Positions 14,033 to 27,780 of a DNA stretch of 64,000 nt are shown piece after piece (positions within the stretch are counted from its first letter, which is position 1; each line of letters opens with the position of its first letter). Both the position numbers and the translations under genes were made by a program. Under the pieces are notes generated by a model. That model was not told where the DNA came from, did not search any database, and saw only the letters and a list, made by a program, of their open reading frames with translations. The stretch is from Hemiscyllium ocellatum. Its lineage: Eukaryota. The stretch is taken from contig NC_083414.1 in assembly GCF_020745735.1 (NCBI RefSeq), positions 38,626,001-38,690,000 of the forward strand, written 5' to 3'.

Positions 14033-17000
14033 CATTCCTCAGTTTGATTTGAACAGAATTAATTTCTATTAGCAAATAAAAAGTGGAATTTAACTCTGTA
14101 AAGCATTACTTTCTGAAGGGCTGAAGAATCTTCTGCTCTCTCTGATGGAGAGTTAGAAGTAGGAAGGCAACTAGTTGGGATAGTGGTGTAAGTGAATCCC
14201 ATTGTCTTCCTACTCTGTCAGGATTGGATGACCTTCCCACCCCACCACCTATTGAGGCCTTTTTGTGGCAATTGATGAGCATTTAAGGTCCTCATCCCAC
14301 TATCAGCTTTATTAACCCACGTGAAGATTATGCATTCCAGCTTCTCACCTCAGAGAGGGCGTTGCAAAGCTCCATCAAACCTGGGCCACTCTGCTATCCT
14401 GGAACCCCAGTGTTGACTTTCTGGCAAGATCGGTCCCTTGTCAGCTCTCTAGTGCTTCAACAAAATTCCACCTTTTAATTCAATTAATCTCTAAAGATGT
14501 TGCTTGACCCATCAGAGTTGTTCCAGCATTTCTGGTCTTAGTTTAGATTTCCAGCATCCACAGCAGTTTGCTTAAGCACAATTGTTGCCGTTTTGCATAC
14601 AGAATAATGGTGCAGCTGACATGCTCATTGGAGTAAATCAAGCAGCATTTTCCACAGCACAAGCAGATACAGTTAAATGCAGAAATTGAGATGCTGCTTT
14701 TGAGTTGTGCTCCGACATGGGCTGCCCAAGATCAAGATTACAACTACGAATATTAATTTCTTTACAGTTTAATTAATATTTGAGATATTAAAAATAATAA
14801 TAAAGATGTCATAAAGAATAATTCCATGTGCCCTTTATTGCTCTCCCTTCACCCCTTTTTTGTCTCTCTTCAGTTTACTTTCCATATCTGATTTAAACTT
14901 CCTGGCCTATGCTTTGTGGTTTAATTTGCTCCTTAGTACCAGCTTTTTCAGTGCTATCAAGTGCCATTTTGTCTCCAAAATCATGTCAGCTACACTTCTG
15001 GTGTCAGCTACACCAGACACCATTGGTCAGAGCATTAACTTCCTCAATTGGCAAAAGGGATACAGTGTTCCCACTAGTCACCTTGTGCAGTTGACAAACA
15101 GGACAAAGAAATTCAGTAGTGTTATTTAAAGGATTCATTAAACACCTTTTGGCTAGTTCCCAATTTCTTCCTACTGACTACTGTTGCAAATGTGTGAATG
15201 TGAAGTGGTTTGCACAGATGTCTAAAGTTTGTAAAGCACACAGGAAATGCTGTGGAATCTGATGAAGGACTTTGTCCTGACTTCAAGACTTCTGCAAAAT
15301 AGACTTGCTCGCAGACATGGGTGCATTACTGCATTCCCCTGAGGCTGCAGCACAATATCGAATTCAAGCAGAAGCAAAACAGGACACTTCAAAAATCTTT
15401 ATCATGTTCTTTGCTTCTCTTCATTACACTTTTTGTCTTTGAGACAATATAGTATTAAATATTCTAACTTAGATAGCATATACAATATGGCCAGAAACCA
15501 TCCATTTGGCCTAACTTCTCCATGCCTATTACTTTCTAGTTACTCTGTGACCTCCATTTTTGGCACAGGGATGAAAAAGAGGAGTTATACTGGTTTTCAG
15601 ATCAGGAACCTGCCTCCATTGGGAAAATGCCGAAAGGTCAGGTTTTAATAGTATTCAGTTCTGAACTGATGGAGCTAGGTTTGCTTTCCATTAAGAATGA
15701 GTGGGTCAGATGAAGATGGAAACTGATTTAAGCCTTCTTTGTTACTTGCTCCATAGAGAAACAAATCTGCTGATTGTTTCAAACCCTTCCATAACACTGG
15801 GAAGTAACATATCTTGGAAGAGCCAGAGGCTTGATACCATGGCCAGGATTGTCTCATTCTTCTTAATGCTGATCTGAATCTATATTGGACATTGAGAGAG
15901 AGATCTTCTTCCTCGAGGAGACAAGAGGAGGTTATCTGGTAACACAGTATATTCATGTGTAACAAGAGTGGTTTCTGAATATTATTTTCCTCTCTTTGAA
16001 CTGTATAAATGATGACACTTTTATCAAGTTGCCTGAGATTCCTTATGTTGGCACTGTGAAAGGGAATGTGGTATAAAGTGAAAGAGATAGCAGGATCCTC
16101 CAACATTTTAATCCACACTGAAATGTGTCACTATCAGGATATTCTTGTATCTCATGGCACCCTCACATGCTCCTCCCATCCAAAGTTATGCCTTGCCATC
16201 TCATTGTGCAGCTTGAGAATATCTTTGTTTAGTGCCATTTCCCTCTGCTTCCACTTCTTTCTCCTCCCTCACCTTCTGCAACTGATTCTCCTCTGATGAA
16301 CCTTCATGGGCTCACTGAAGTTCACTTCCTTGTAGACAGACTTATTATGGAGAATGCAAAAGATCATCATAGTCAGCGAGACTCTGCAGGAGGATAATGA
16401 AGGACATCAAGTGACAGTTCATGTACCGGAATCCTATCTTCAGAAGCCAGAAAGCCTGACAAATAGTTGTCCTGCTGAGAAGGGTAGTTTGTTTACACTG
16501 ACTGTGTGTGAGGCTCTTCAAAGAATATCCCTGTCTTCTAGGATTCGTCCATGCACTTTAGAATTGGAGTGAATATCTCAAATGGCTAGACTGGTGGAAG
16601 ATGAAAAATCATAGCAGTTGCTAGCAGAGCAGGCGCTTACAGTGAAGACGCTCTCTTTATGGTAGCAGGCTGGTTGGTTGTTGAGGTAAAGAAAGGCCTT
16701 CCTTTTGCTGAAATTTGGTAAGTAATCACTGGGTGCCTTAATCGTAACATAGGAAAAATTGCCTGCCATCTGGAGAATTTTGCAAAGGAAGCAAAGCCCA
16801 ATGTCCTGTGTTCCTGTATGGCCACATCCAGTAGTAAATGGATGTGCTATCTAGCTCAGAAACCATCAATGAGCTGTGATATCCATTAGTGAAATGCCAT
16901 CAATGTCCTCAGTTGATCCTTGCAAGCAGTCAGATACCACTGTAAATTTGGCAGTTACTGACATAGTAAAGCAAGCAGTTCTGTGATGCATGGGGTCTTT

Positions 17001-18679
17001 AGCAAATCCTTTCAGTTTATCCTGCCATTAATTCTCTTGTCAATCCTTTTTGGTGACAGAATCTAATTTGAGGGTATTGATTTTATGATCTTCTTGCCTC
17101 TCCTCTGCCAACAAGCTGCTTGGGGTTCTGCCTGTCCTACTGAGCTTATTGCCCCTCATTACCACAACTCCCCAAAGTCCGACAGTCATCCTCCTATTTG
17201 CCAGCTGCAGCCTTCCTTTCAACAGATAGCCATTCTATTATTTTGCCCCTGCTATTCTGCCCTTGTAATACCTGGGATGAGCAACTGGATTCAATGCCTG
17301 AGCCCAGACCAACCACTCTACCTGTGTAGTCACAAGGACACTATATTTTTCAAATGCCAAGCCTCCTGTTGCCCTCTCACAGGGCTAGGTTAACTCCCAA
17401 GTATAACCATAACTGTGTCCATACTCAAGCCATCTCCTTTCCGCTCATCAGAAACTGAAAGCTCATATATCTTTTGACCCTCTTCAAAATTTTAGCCTGT
17501 CCCTTTACCAAGCTCCTGATGAGTGCTTGACTTGATCTTAGTTGGGTGACCACTGGGCTGTCGCCAGGAACAGCGTCTCAAAACTAATATTGGTCAACAT
17601 CAATATTTTCAAGTCCCCCTGCCGACAACTGCAGGAAGGGCCAACAATTTATTGACTGTACATATCTTGGTGAGGATTCTTGAACCTTGATTGGTTAGGA
17701 AAGCACATCATTGTTTGTTCAGTTTGCACAAATGTTTCTGTAGAGGGCACTATGCTGTTTAATCCCCCAAATTACCACAAAATGTTACATAAAATCCCGC
17801 AAAATGTTTGTGCATAAGTGTAAATACTGTGAACATCAAGCACTCTTCATTCACTGGTGACTGAAAAATCTAAGCAAGTATGTTTTTAAAATGCATTGAA
17901 AATATCTTTTCATGTCCTCTAATTTCAATTCCAATATTTTTAGACTACTTTTGCAGATATCAGCTTTTGTGTGTGTTTCGATCTTTTTCTTACCCTTGCA
18001 CATTTCAATTTAAAAATGCTACATTAATTTTGCTGACATTGGCTTTTGTGTGCATTCCAATCTTTGTCTTCCTCTTGCACATTTCAATTAAAACAATGTT
18101 TTTTTCTGTCAAAACTCCACATCAAGGTCTTAACATGTTTCTTTTCATCATAGCCTGACGATTGGTTACATGTTGTTGGATGGATCTGTTTTTAAAACAA
18201 TACATTTTATGTACTTTATTTTATGAATAGAAGATTTAACACCATAGATGTGAAATGTAATCAACTACCCACACACTGACATTTCAATATAAATCTTCTA
18301 AAATGAATAATTTAATGTATTTCACATGCACAGTAACTATTTCCATTTAGCCAATCTAAGGAAGCAACATTGTTTTGAAGGCAGTGACATCTTATTAATG
18401 TGATTATATGCAGTTATGAACACATTAATTACTATAAGCACTTCCATCTTTCGCATTCAAGGGCATGGTACCAATTACACAGGCTCTATATTAACCACAT
18501 TATAGCAAATCTGACAGCAAGACTGGCCAAGTCCCACTAAAAAAAAGTATGCCAAGCATGCAGTTAGCGCAATAAGATATATGATTAAATCAAACTAGCT
18601 GCTGTAAAATTCCAATGTCTTCAACATATTGAACTTAAAATCCATATCAGCTCAGAAATAATATTCAAGATGGAAAATA

Positions 18680-19075
18680 AAGACTTGCATTTATATCGTG
18701 CTTTTCACAACCATCAGATGTCTCAAAGCACTTCAAATAATAATGCAGTCATCATTATGATGTGGAAAATGCAGCACAAATTTGCATTCAACAAAATTTC
18801 ATAGACAGAAATGTGATAATACCAGATTTTTTGTGTGATTTTGATTGAAGAAATAAATAATAGTGAACAGACCAGTGATTAATCCCTTGTTCTTCTTTAA
18901 AAGGATATTCTATATGCACCTGAGTAGGTAGATGAGACCTCTTTTTTTGTCTTATCTGAAAGATGGCAGCTCCAATAGTGCAGTAGTCTACTAACATTAC
19001 AGTGGAGAATCAGCCTTGACATTTGGGCCCAAGCCCCATAATTCAGAGGCAAATGTGTGACTAACTTAGCCATGA
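18680..19075 (-). mobile_element. Ancient Deu-domain SINE (SacSINE1/AmnSINE1-like), degenerate
   Basis: Minus strand has a tRNA head (TGGCTAAGTTAGTCACACATTTGCCTCTGAA), then TGCACTATTGGAGCTGCCATCTTTCAGATAAGAC, and a tail ATATAAATGCAAGTCTTT. Confidence 0.7.
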
Positions 19076-20109
19076 CAAACAGTCAACATTCAGATTAAGA
19101 TGGTATTGTCAATTTATCCTGCATAGATAAGTGGCTCAATCTTCCCAAATCTGTTTGGTGTCAACAAATGTTTTAAAATTGCTTTCATACATCGAAAAAT
19201 TGCTGTATAATTCTTTGATGATCAAGTCATTAATTATTACAGAGTAACTACATGATTAATTTAACCTATATTTTGCAAAACACAGTAACTACAAAATGAA
19301 AACATTCCAAGTACCATAATGTCAAAAAGGTACACTGGAACTATTATGTTAAGATTTATAAAACTAGGAATGGGGTTTCTTCTTATATCTTCTATTCCCG
19401 GATGAAAAGTTCATATCACTTTGCTTTAGGTATTACAATTCACTTGTCTATCACCTTCTACAAGAATAACAATATGATTGGACTTCTATTTGTGCTGATA
19501 TTAGCAATAAAAATTATCACACATCCTTCGGCAAAGAATTTGTTAAATCTCAATAAATTTATATATTAGAAGATGGCACCCTTCACACGGCCACTCAGCT
19601 AATTCAGGAATTATGCCTAATGCCATCAATCAAATGTCGAAATATTGACTAATGCTCTCCAAGTCCACAAAACAACTTAAGTCAACCTAATAGCCCTCTT
19701 CAAAGAAAAGCAACATGCTAGATGTGTCCTGAAGCAGAAATCCACTAACACAATACTGAGGGGCTTCCCCAGAAAAGTGCGAGTATCTTGCAAACATGTT
19801 AAAGGCATGTAACCATCCTCATGCTCCAGAAAGCTATGTCTGAAAACGTTGGTTAAAGCTTAGGGAGAAAAAAAAATTTTCAACATCGAATTACAATTTT
19901 CTCAACTTTCTTGCCATTTCCCAATTGCTCTAAGAAGTTAAAACTTTGCCCAGTGAAACAACCTGGAGCATGGCAAACTGTTTAAAAAAAGGCCTTTGCT
20001 GGTATCTCTGCAATCATGGAAAAGGCCTACAGGAATGTGGTAGAGACTGCACATTCATAATGCAGGATTCGAAGTGTCACAGCTATTCATTATGATAGAT
20101 AGTCATTTG

Positions 20110-20890
20110 AATTTTCGAGAAAATTTGTAGCTCAGGTTGAGGTTGAGCTTGTAAGTTTGCTCACTCACTGGAAGGCTTGTTTTCAGATATTTCATCACCA
20201 TGCTAGGTCGCATCATCAATGAGCCTCCAGTGAAGCGCTAGTGTTCTGTCCCTCTTTTTATTTACGTGTCTTGGTCTCTTAAATTAGGGATATCATTTCC
20301 GGTTATTTTTAAGCAGCCTGTAAATGGGGTCTAAATTGATGTGTTTATTGATGGGGTTCTAGTTTGAATCCAGGCCTCTAGGAATTCCCATGTGTCTCTG
20401 TTTAGCCTTTCCTCAAATGGATGTGTTGTCCCAGTCAAAGTGGTATTCTTCTTCATCTGTACATAAGGATACTAGTGATAGTGGGGCATGTCTTTAGGTG
20501 GCTAGTTGGTGTTCATGTATCCTGGTGGCTATTTTTCTGCCTGTCTGTCTGATGTAGTGTTTGTTACAGTCTTTGCAGGGTATTTTGTATATGATGTTCA
20601 ATTTGCTGGTTGTTGGTATAGGATCCTTAAGGTTCATCAGTAGCTAATTCAGTGTGTTGGTAGGTTTGTGGGATAGCATGATACCAAAGGGATGGAGTAG
20701 TCTGGTAGTCATCTCTGAAATGTCTTTGATGTATGGAAATGTGGCTCGACTTTCTGGGTGTGTTGTGTCTACTTGTTTGGGTTTGCTATTTAAGAATCGG
20801 TGGACTGTGTTTATCGAGTACCATTCTTCTTGAATATGCTGTATAGTTTTTTTCTTCTGCTGTTTGTAGTTCCTGCTGATAAGCTACTTT
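20110..20890 (-). mobile_element. Older Poseidon-type PLE 3' fragment with decayed HHR
   Basis: Homologous to 8918-9496 and 12766-13614 (IYKIPCKDCNKHY; HFDWD; EFLEAW). HHR remnant at ~20185-20225. Confidence 0.85.
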
Positions 20891-21009
20891 TTTGAGGCAG
20901 TATTTTATGCTCTGGACAAAGCAGAACCAGTGGGATACACTGTACTTAGATTTCCAGATGGCATCAAAGGTTACTGTGAAAAGTAAAAGCTCGTGCTGTA
21001 AGGGTAATG

Positions 21010-22050
21010 TATTGGTACAGACAGAAGAAAAGCTAGCTGACAGCACGTGGAGAGTAAGTATAAATTAATCTTTTTTCTGGTTGGCAAGATGCAACAAGTG
21101 GTGTGTTACAGAGATTAGTACTGACACCAAACTGTTTACAATTTATATTAATGACTAGGATAAAGAAAAGCAAGGCATGAAGCCAAAGTTGCTGATGTCA
21201 CAAGAGCAGGGCTGAAACTAAATTGTGATGGGAACATAAGGAAGCTACAAAAGGAATATAGGTAGGTTACAAGAGTGGGTAATGATCTGGTAAAAGTAGC
21301 ATACATGGAGAACTGATAAATTGTCCATGTTGGCAGCAAGAATTTTAAAAGAACATATAATCTAAATGGTGAGAGATTTAGATCTTTCTGATATATAGAA
21401 GGATCTCAGTGTCCTGGCACATGTATCGCAAAAGGCAGTTTGCAGGTACAGCAAGTAATTTAGAAAGCTAATAGATGTCAAACACACAAGTAGGCTGATT
21501 TACTTCAGTTTGTACCTCAGGAGTATGAATACCATTGTGATCACTGTATTTAAGGTTGTAAATGTAATAGAAGTATTTCCAAGAAGATTGACCAGACCTG
21601 TGCATGGACTGGGTGGCTTGCCTAATGAGGAAAGGTTGGATAGGCTGGACTTACATCTACTGGAGTTCAGAAAAGTAACAGGTAACTTGAATAAATACAC
21701 AAGATCAAGGGGGTGTTGACCAGGCAGATGTGGAGAGGACGTTTCCTTTCATGGGAGAACCAAGCACAAGGGGTTATTGTTCAAAAATAAGGCATGGCCC
21801 ATTTAAAACAAAGATAGGAGGAGTTTTTTAAAAAATCTTTGGAGCTCTCACTTTAATAGGTAATGGAAACAGATGTTTTGTATATTATTAAGGCAGAGAC
21901 GGATAACTATTGTTGATAGGTAAGGAGGCGAACGATTATCAGAGTTGGATGGAATATGGTTTTTAGATTCCAAACAAAATCAGTCATTATCATACTAAAT
22001 GATGGAGAAGGCTCAGAACTTGAACGTCCTACTGCTGCTTCTTGTTCATA
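21010..22050 (+). mobile_element. Degenerate CR1 LINE 3' portion
   Basis: ORF 21510-21719 EERLDRLDLHLLEFRKVTGNL, plus KVADVT (KFADDT remnant) and a CR1 3' tail. Confidence 0.8.
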
Positions 22051-22879
22051 TGGTCATAGAATAACATTATTTATTTGGTAATGCCACAGTATTTTCTAAG
22101 CCTGATGAAATCTTTCAACAAAGGTTCATGACTCTAAAAGCTAAGTGCTTGAATTCTAGCTGCAGCAACCAAAGCAACAAAAGTGAGTAACAGGCATTAC
22201 ACATAAAGGGAAGCCAGTATAACACCATGAAATTTGCACAACTGCTAGAGATGGATTTTTTTCTCTTATTGCCAACTGTGTGCATATTCATTAAGACAAT
22301 GACTTAGAAACTTGAACGCCTCGAGTTCAGTCCAAATATATATATAATGATGCTTTTGGCTTGTCACTGTGTAAATCATATCTCACCTGGAGGATATCAG
22401 AAGTTTCCTACAGTTAGAAAAAGTTTGCAAAATCAAATGATTAAAGCAATATCACACATTAACAGTACAGTTAGTGATTATGTTCCCACAGCCAAGTATC
22501 TTATTTTTATGCCAACCCTCAGTTATCATGTTGCAGCCAATATTATATAAATATTATTTCAATGTTTTATAATTTGTGCTCTGTGTAGGATCAAACTTCG
22601 ATGTGGTATCAAAACATTGGGAATTCGGCTTTAAGTCACCATTTCAGCTCCAGTGCAAGTGAGCCAGGTAGTTTAAATTCCAGATCTAATATTAGAAAAG
22701 TGCTGAGGAAGAATCCTGGCAAATATAAAGTTTAATTTTATATCATGTCAGAATCAGTTTAATCCCACTTATCTTGTTTCCACTCAAATGTTGACATTAG
22801 CATTACATTGATGTTATACACATGGAGTAAAATGTAGACATGACAATAATTTTATATTGCCAACAGACATGAAAATCAA

Positions 22880-23200
22880 GCAACAACTTGGTTTTATATA
22901 GTGCCTTTGAAAAATTAAAACTTCCTAAAGTGTTTTGCAGATGTGTAATCAAACAACAAAAGATATCCACTTAAACTTGGTATTAGAGGGTGACCAAAGA
23001 ATGATCAAAGAAATTGGTTCTAAGTAGAATCTAAAGGAGTATACATGAGCCACAGAAGCACAAGAAGCAATTCTAGAGAGGTGGACCTGAATGGTGGAGC
23101 AATTAAGGAACAAAAGATTTGTGGCCAGAGGAACAGACTGCCAGAGAGTTTGATGAGGTTGAGTATTGGAATAGAGGAACTAATAGAAATTAAAACCTAT
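22880..23200 (-). mobile_element. Ancient L2-like LINE 3' end
   Basis: CAACAACTTGGTTTTATATAGTGCCTTT...GGGTGACCAAAGAATGATCAAAGA, similar to 24670-25080. Confidence 0.5.
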
Positions 23201-24669
23201 TAAAACACCGAAATGCATCACTTTTGAGCCATTTGATGTCATATTGAAGAAATGCATTAGAACCAAGTGGAGGTTGGAGGGGCAGTAAATGGGAAGCTGA
23301 CAAGAATCTGAACCGGTCAGTCTGATTAATCATAAATGTACATTTAAGTACCTATTCTAAAGCAAACAATTAAAAGCTGTACTAAATGACTCAAATATTA
23401 GGACTGATCAACTTAAGCGAATGATGTTATAATGAACAATTCAATCAATTCAATGCATTGTTTTAAAATAATATTGATTCAAATTATACACCTCTATTAT
23501 TATATTCATGTTTAATCATGAATAACATTTTTAATTCTTTTGTGGAAGTTAAATATTATTGGTGAGGTCAGAATTTGTTGCCATACAAATTGCCCTCAAG
23601 AATATGGCAAGAGGTGCCTTCTTGAAATATTGCAGTCCGCATGAATTAGGCACATTCACAGTACTGTTAGGATGGGCTGACACTACAGGCAAATTTAGAA
23701 CAATGCACTAACAAGATCTTGCAATAGTAAAGCTGCAAAATAATCAGCCAAAGGTCACAACATATAATTAAAACAAAAGAATCCACAAAGTGGATATGTG
23801 AGATATAAAATACAGAAAGATTAAGGATCCAACAAAAATATCATCAACCTAAAAAAAATTATGTACCTGTTCATGGGAATACAAGATAGTCTGAAGCTAA
23901 TAGGTAATTTGCAGGCCAGCAATCAAAGGACTGAAGTAGAAGTCAAAGGGCTCAGCTCTATAAACTATTATTTTAAAATCTGGGTACTAAAAGCTGAAGC
24001 TATAATTTTAGAGCAGAACATAAAAGTCATGAAGATCAGTTGCTGTGCAAACAATGAACAAATTTCATACTTAAAGGACAGCAATAACCATGCACTGTCA
24101 CAGGAAATGCTTCCGAACATGAACTAAATTGTTGACACAAAGCATTTAGGATGGAAGGTTCAGTCAGAATAGAATGTAGCATTTCTCAAAGAATACTTTT
24201 GCCTCATCAATTCCAGTGGCGTCCTGATATACAGATAGAATGACCAGATATAATGCTCTGGATGCTACAGGGTGGCAACTGTATTATCAAGGTTGCCAAG
24301 ACTGGGATCACAAAAATGTGAGTTCCTTGAGAAAAGCCCTGAACAAAACTGCACAATGAGCAACTGTTGGTCTTCATGGCTTGATGGGAAGACATTTGAC
24401 AAGGACATGCTGGGGTTAAATTTTGAAATTAGCTTGGATCAATTCAAAACACTAGACTAAGATGACATTTTTGTGCACATCCTGAGGCTCAATCAATGAT
24501 TGGCTGCTCTAATCACTTCCTGGAAGAGAACAAAAATGTCAGGCAAGAAAAGGGAAAGATCAAATGTGATGTTGTCATCCTATGAAAAGGTTTGTAGGTG
24601 CTCATTGCAATGGTTCATTTGGACAAGGCTTCCAGAAAACTGCCAAGGCCTGGGGAAAACTTATCTAAG

Positions 24670-25080
24670 CAACAAACTGCATTTATATAACACCTTTATA
24701 ATATCAAAAAGTCCAAAGCATTATCAAACATAATTTGACACTGAGCCACATCGCATATTTTCAGGCTAATGACCAAAAGCTTGGTCACGAAGATAGATTT
24801 CATAGGGTGTCTTAAAGAAAGAAAAAAGGGCAGAGAAGTTTTAATGACAGAATTTCAAATCACAGAGCTGACAGTTTTGGTCGCTAAAGATACAACAGTC
24901 ATAAGTGGTGTAATTGAAATATGCAGGAAACCAGAATTGGCAGAGCACAGATATTTCAAAATATTGTAGGTTATCTTAGAGAGAAAATTAGAGATAGGAT
25001 GAAATAAGGACATGAAATGATTTGAAAATAAGGATCAAAATTTTAATATAGAGACAGAATAACACGGAACCAACGTACCT
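24670..25080 (-). mobile_element. Ancient L2-like LINE 3' end
   Basis: CAACAAACTGCATTTATATAACACCTTT...ATGACCAAAAGCTTGGTCACGAAG, the reverse of the 12170-12500 type. Confidence 0.55.
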
Positions 25081-26489
25081 CAGCTGGTCAATCTTTCAGA
25101 AGATACCAGGGTGAGGTAGACAGTTACAACAAACAAGGAAATTATGAAACTACACACAGTAAATAAATGCAAGAAAAAGATTTGAGCTGATATACACAAC
25201 ACAAAATAAGGTGACTCATAAAATAGTTCAAAAGAACTTGAATACCAAATATAACATATACTACTAAAATCTGGATAATTAAACTACTGTTTCTTTGTTT
25301 TTAAAATTAACATGCTTCTGATCACTAACACCCCCACTTCCCCATAATCCTGATTTTCAGGGACGAAATTCTGGTTGATTAAACAATGATACCAACCTTC
25401 AAAATCAGCCCACTTCTCCATCTCCAACAGTGAAATATAATGTCCTGTATGTTAATCTGACCCTAACACAAAGAATCATGACAATAGCCAATATGCTCAC
25501 AAATGCATTCAGCAAAAGCAGTTTCTTTTTCTCAATTATACACCTCAGCTTGAGTCCTTGGCAATAATTCAACACTCAAGCTGTTGATTGCCTCACATTT
25601 GAGACCAGCAGAAGTTTCACAGAAATGCAAAGTGTGGGCTAAATACCCTAATGTTGTTTCGTTGTGTTTGCACTCTACCCCTGAGTAAAATCTGATAATC
25701 ATGACTAATGATGTCATTTGGCATACTGATACTTACATAGTCAAAAACAGATGGGTTTAAGGACAGTGAGGTCAAATACACCTATTGTACTTCATCAAGG
25801 AAGCATTATTACATAGTCAAATGACACCATATAATTGTAATGGTGTTGCCTTTTAGAGTGTAATTCTTATTTTTGAGATATTGCAGAAAACAGTATGCAC
25901 ATGCCTCATGTTCCAGTCTTTCAATATAAAGTGGTCTGAATCATACAAGATTAACGAACAAGAACAATTGTATTTATCTTGCTGTCATGTTGGCGTTGAA
26001 GTACAAAATAAGTTTCACAATAAGTGAATACTCTAATAGGTCCCAAAATTGCCAAGAGCTGCACAAAACAAAAATTGCAGCATTTACCCAGAAGAAAAAT
26101 GTCACTGAGTATAATTTTATCAGGAAATAGATCTCAAAGACAAAGAATAGATTTATCACAATAGTGTAAACATGCTTTTATTTTTAAAAAAGGTGACCAT
26201 ACCATCAAATACATTTGTAAAGACCAAATCGTTTTATTTTTCTGTATTTTTGACTGTGTGCTGCAATGGAAAAAGAATGGTTTAAAAACAAAGGTTTGTG
26301 GTCAGGATTACTGGACGTTTTAGAAGCAAATTAACTGGTGTTCATTGTGAATTCTGTTTACGTTGCTGTTTGTTCAAGAAAGCAGGGGTTACTACAGACA
26401 AGCTGGAGCCTGATGATGTGTATGAGGGGAGCTACTCTCATCAATAAGTTGCTGATTGAATTATGGAATGGTGACCCCAATTTTAAAAC

Positions 26490-26760
26490 AGTATCTCTTA
26501 TCACTGGACTTACCCACAAGAGTTAATACCCTTTCCATGTCCACCATAACAAGACTATTCTGGATCTTACAAACTTTACTGAAATCATCTGTTACTCTTA
26601 TAAATTGCAGGAAAAAACAAGCCAATCTGCACAATCTTTCCTCATAAGACAAATTAAGAGTCATCGATTCATAGGCATGTACAGCACGGAAACAGACCCA
26701 TCAGTCCCACTCATCCATGCTAACCAGATATTTTAAATTAATCTAGTCTCATTTGCCAGA
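26490..26760 (-). mobile_element. Two CR1 fragments (ORF2 C-terminal remnant and 3' tail)
   Basis: LSYEERLCRL in ORF 26461-26664. Tail GTACAGCACGGAAACAGACCC matches the 30042 end. Confidence 0.65.
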
Positions 26761-26804
26761 ATGATTACCATAAGAACTGCAGATGATTACCATAAGAACT
26801 GCAG
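26761..26804 (+). repeat. Exact 22-nt tandem duplication ATGATTACCATAAGAACTGCAG x2
   Basis: Read directly from the sequence. Confidence 0.9.
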
Positions 26805-26911
26805 ATGCTGAAAATCTGAATCAAAAACTCAGCAGATCTGGCAACATCTGTGGAAAGAAAGCTGTGTAATCAACCCTGATTGGGGATTCAGTGATAGCAA
26901 ATCATTGAATG

Positions 26912-27237
26912 TTAGATTAGATTAGATTACTTACAGTGTGGAAACAGGCCCTTCGGCCCAACAAGCCCAACAAGTCCACACCCACCCGCCAAAGCGCAAC
27001 CCACCCATACCCCTACATACACCCCTTACCTAACACTACGGGCAATTTAGCCTGGCCAATTCACCTGACCCGCACATCTTTGGACTGTGGGAAGAAACCG
27101 GAGCACCCAGAGGAAACCCACGCAGACACAGGGAGAACGTGCAAACTCCACACAGTCAGTCGCCTGAGTCGGGAATTGAACCCGGGTCTCAGGCGCTGTG
27201 AGGCAGCAGTGCTAACCACTGTGCCACCGTGCCACCC
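26912..27237 (-). mobile_element. HE1-like V-SINE, full length, young
   Basis: tRNA head with A box TGGCACAGTGGTTAG and B box GGTTCAATTCC. V domain GTGTGGAGTTTGCACGTTCTCCC...GCTCCGGTTTC. CR1-like tail with (TAATC)n. Confidence 0.9.
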
Positions 27238-27329
27238 ACGGTGTTTGTCTCTTATTCAAAATGGTCATTGCCTGGCATTTGTGTCGCATAAATTTTACTT
27301 AGCATGTTTCAGTTCAAACCTGATCTTAA

Positions 27330-27555
27330 ATAAACAACTGCAAGTGCTGGAAATCAGAAACAAAAATTCCAGAAATTGCTGGAAAAGTTCAGCAGGTCTG
27401 GTGGAATCTGTGGAGAGAAATCAGTTAACCTTTCTGGTCCAGTGACCCTTCCTTAGAAGGGGAGGAAGGGTCACTGGATTCGAAACATTAACTATGATTG
27501 CACTCCACAAATGCTGTTAGATCTGCTGAGCTTCTCCAACAATTTCTGTTATTAT
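27330..27555. mobile_element. Head-to-head inverted pair of family C HHR pLTRs
   Basis: TCCAGTGACCCTTCCT...AGGAAGGGTCACTGGATTCGAAACATTAAC; arms complementary over ~90 nt. Confidence 0.75.
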
Positions 27556-27559
27556 CCAA

Positions 27560-27780
27560 ACCTTGTTGCATTTGAACACTGACTGCTTCAGTATCTGAAG
27601 GACCGTGAATCATGCTGAACATTGTTCACTGATGATTGTACATATCCACTCTGAACTTATGATGGAGAGAAGGTCATTGGCGAAACAGCTGAGGATGGTT
27701 GGGCCTAGGACACTACCCTGAGGAACTCCTGCAGAGATGTCCTGGACCTGTGATTACTGACCTCCAACAAACACAATCAT
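27560..27780 (-). mobile_element. Old CR1/L2-group LINE internal fragment (continues at ~27240-27320 and ~26865-26910)
   Basis: Minus strand AGGAGTTCCTCAGGGTAGTGTCCTAGGCCCAACC encodes GVPQGSVLGP, the RT motif. Confidence 0.7.

Noticed and set aside
15200-17700. Moderately GC-rich stretch with many short ORFs (similar at 5490-6400, 14170-14480, 32170-32690, 41840-42780, 44390-44900)
   Set aside because: Probably very old DNA-transposon (possibly PIF/Harbinger) debris, but I could not identify TIRs or catalytic motifs, so it is not called.
27165-27237. tRNA-like A and B boxes (also at ~35670-35740)
   Set aside because: These are SINE heads continuing into the V domain, not tRNA genes.
26936-27445. 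169-aa ORF
   Set aside because: Antisense reading of a HE1-like SINE plus adjacent repeats.
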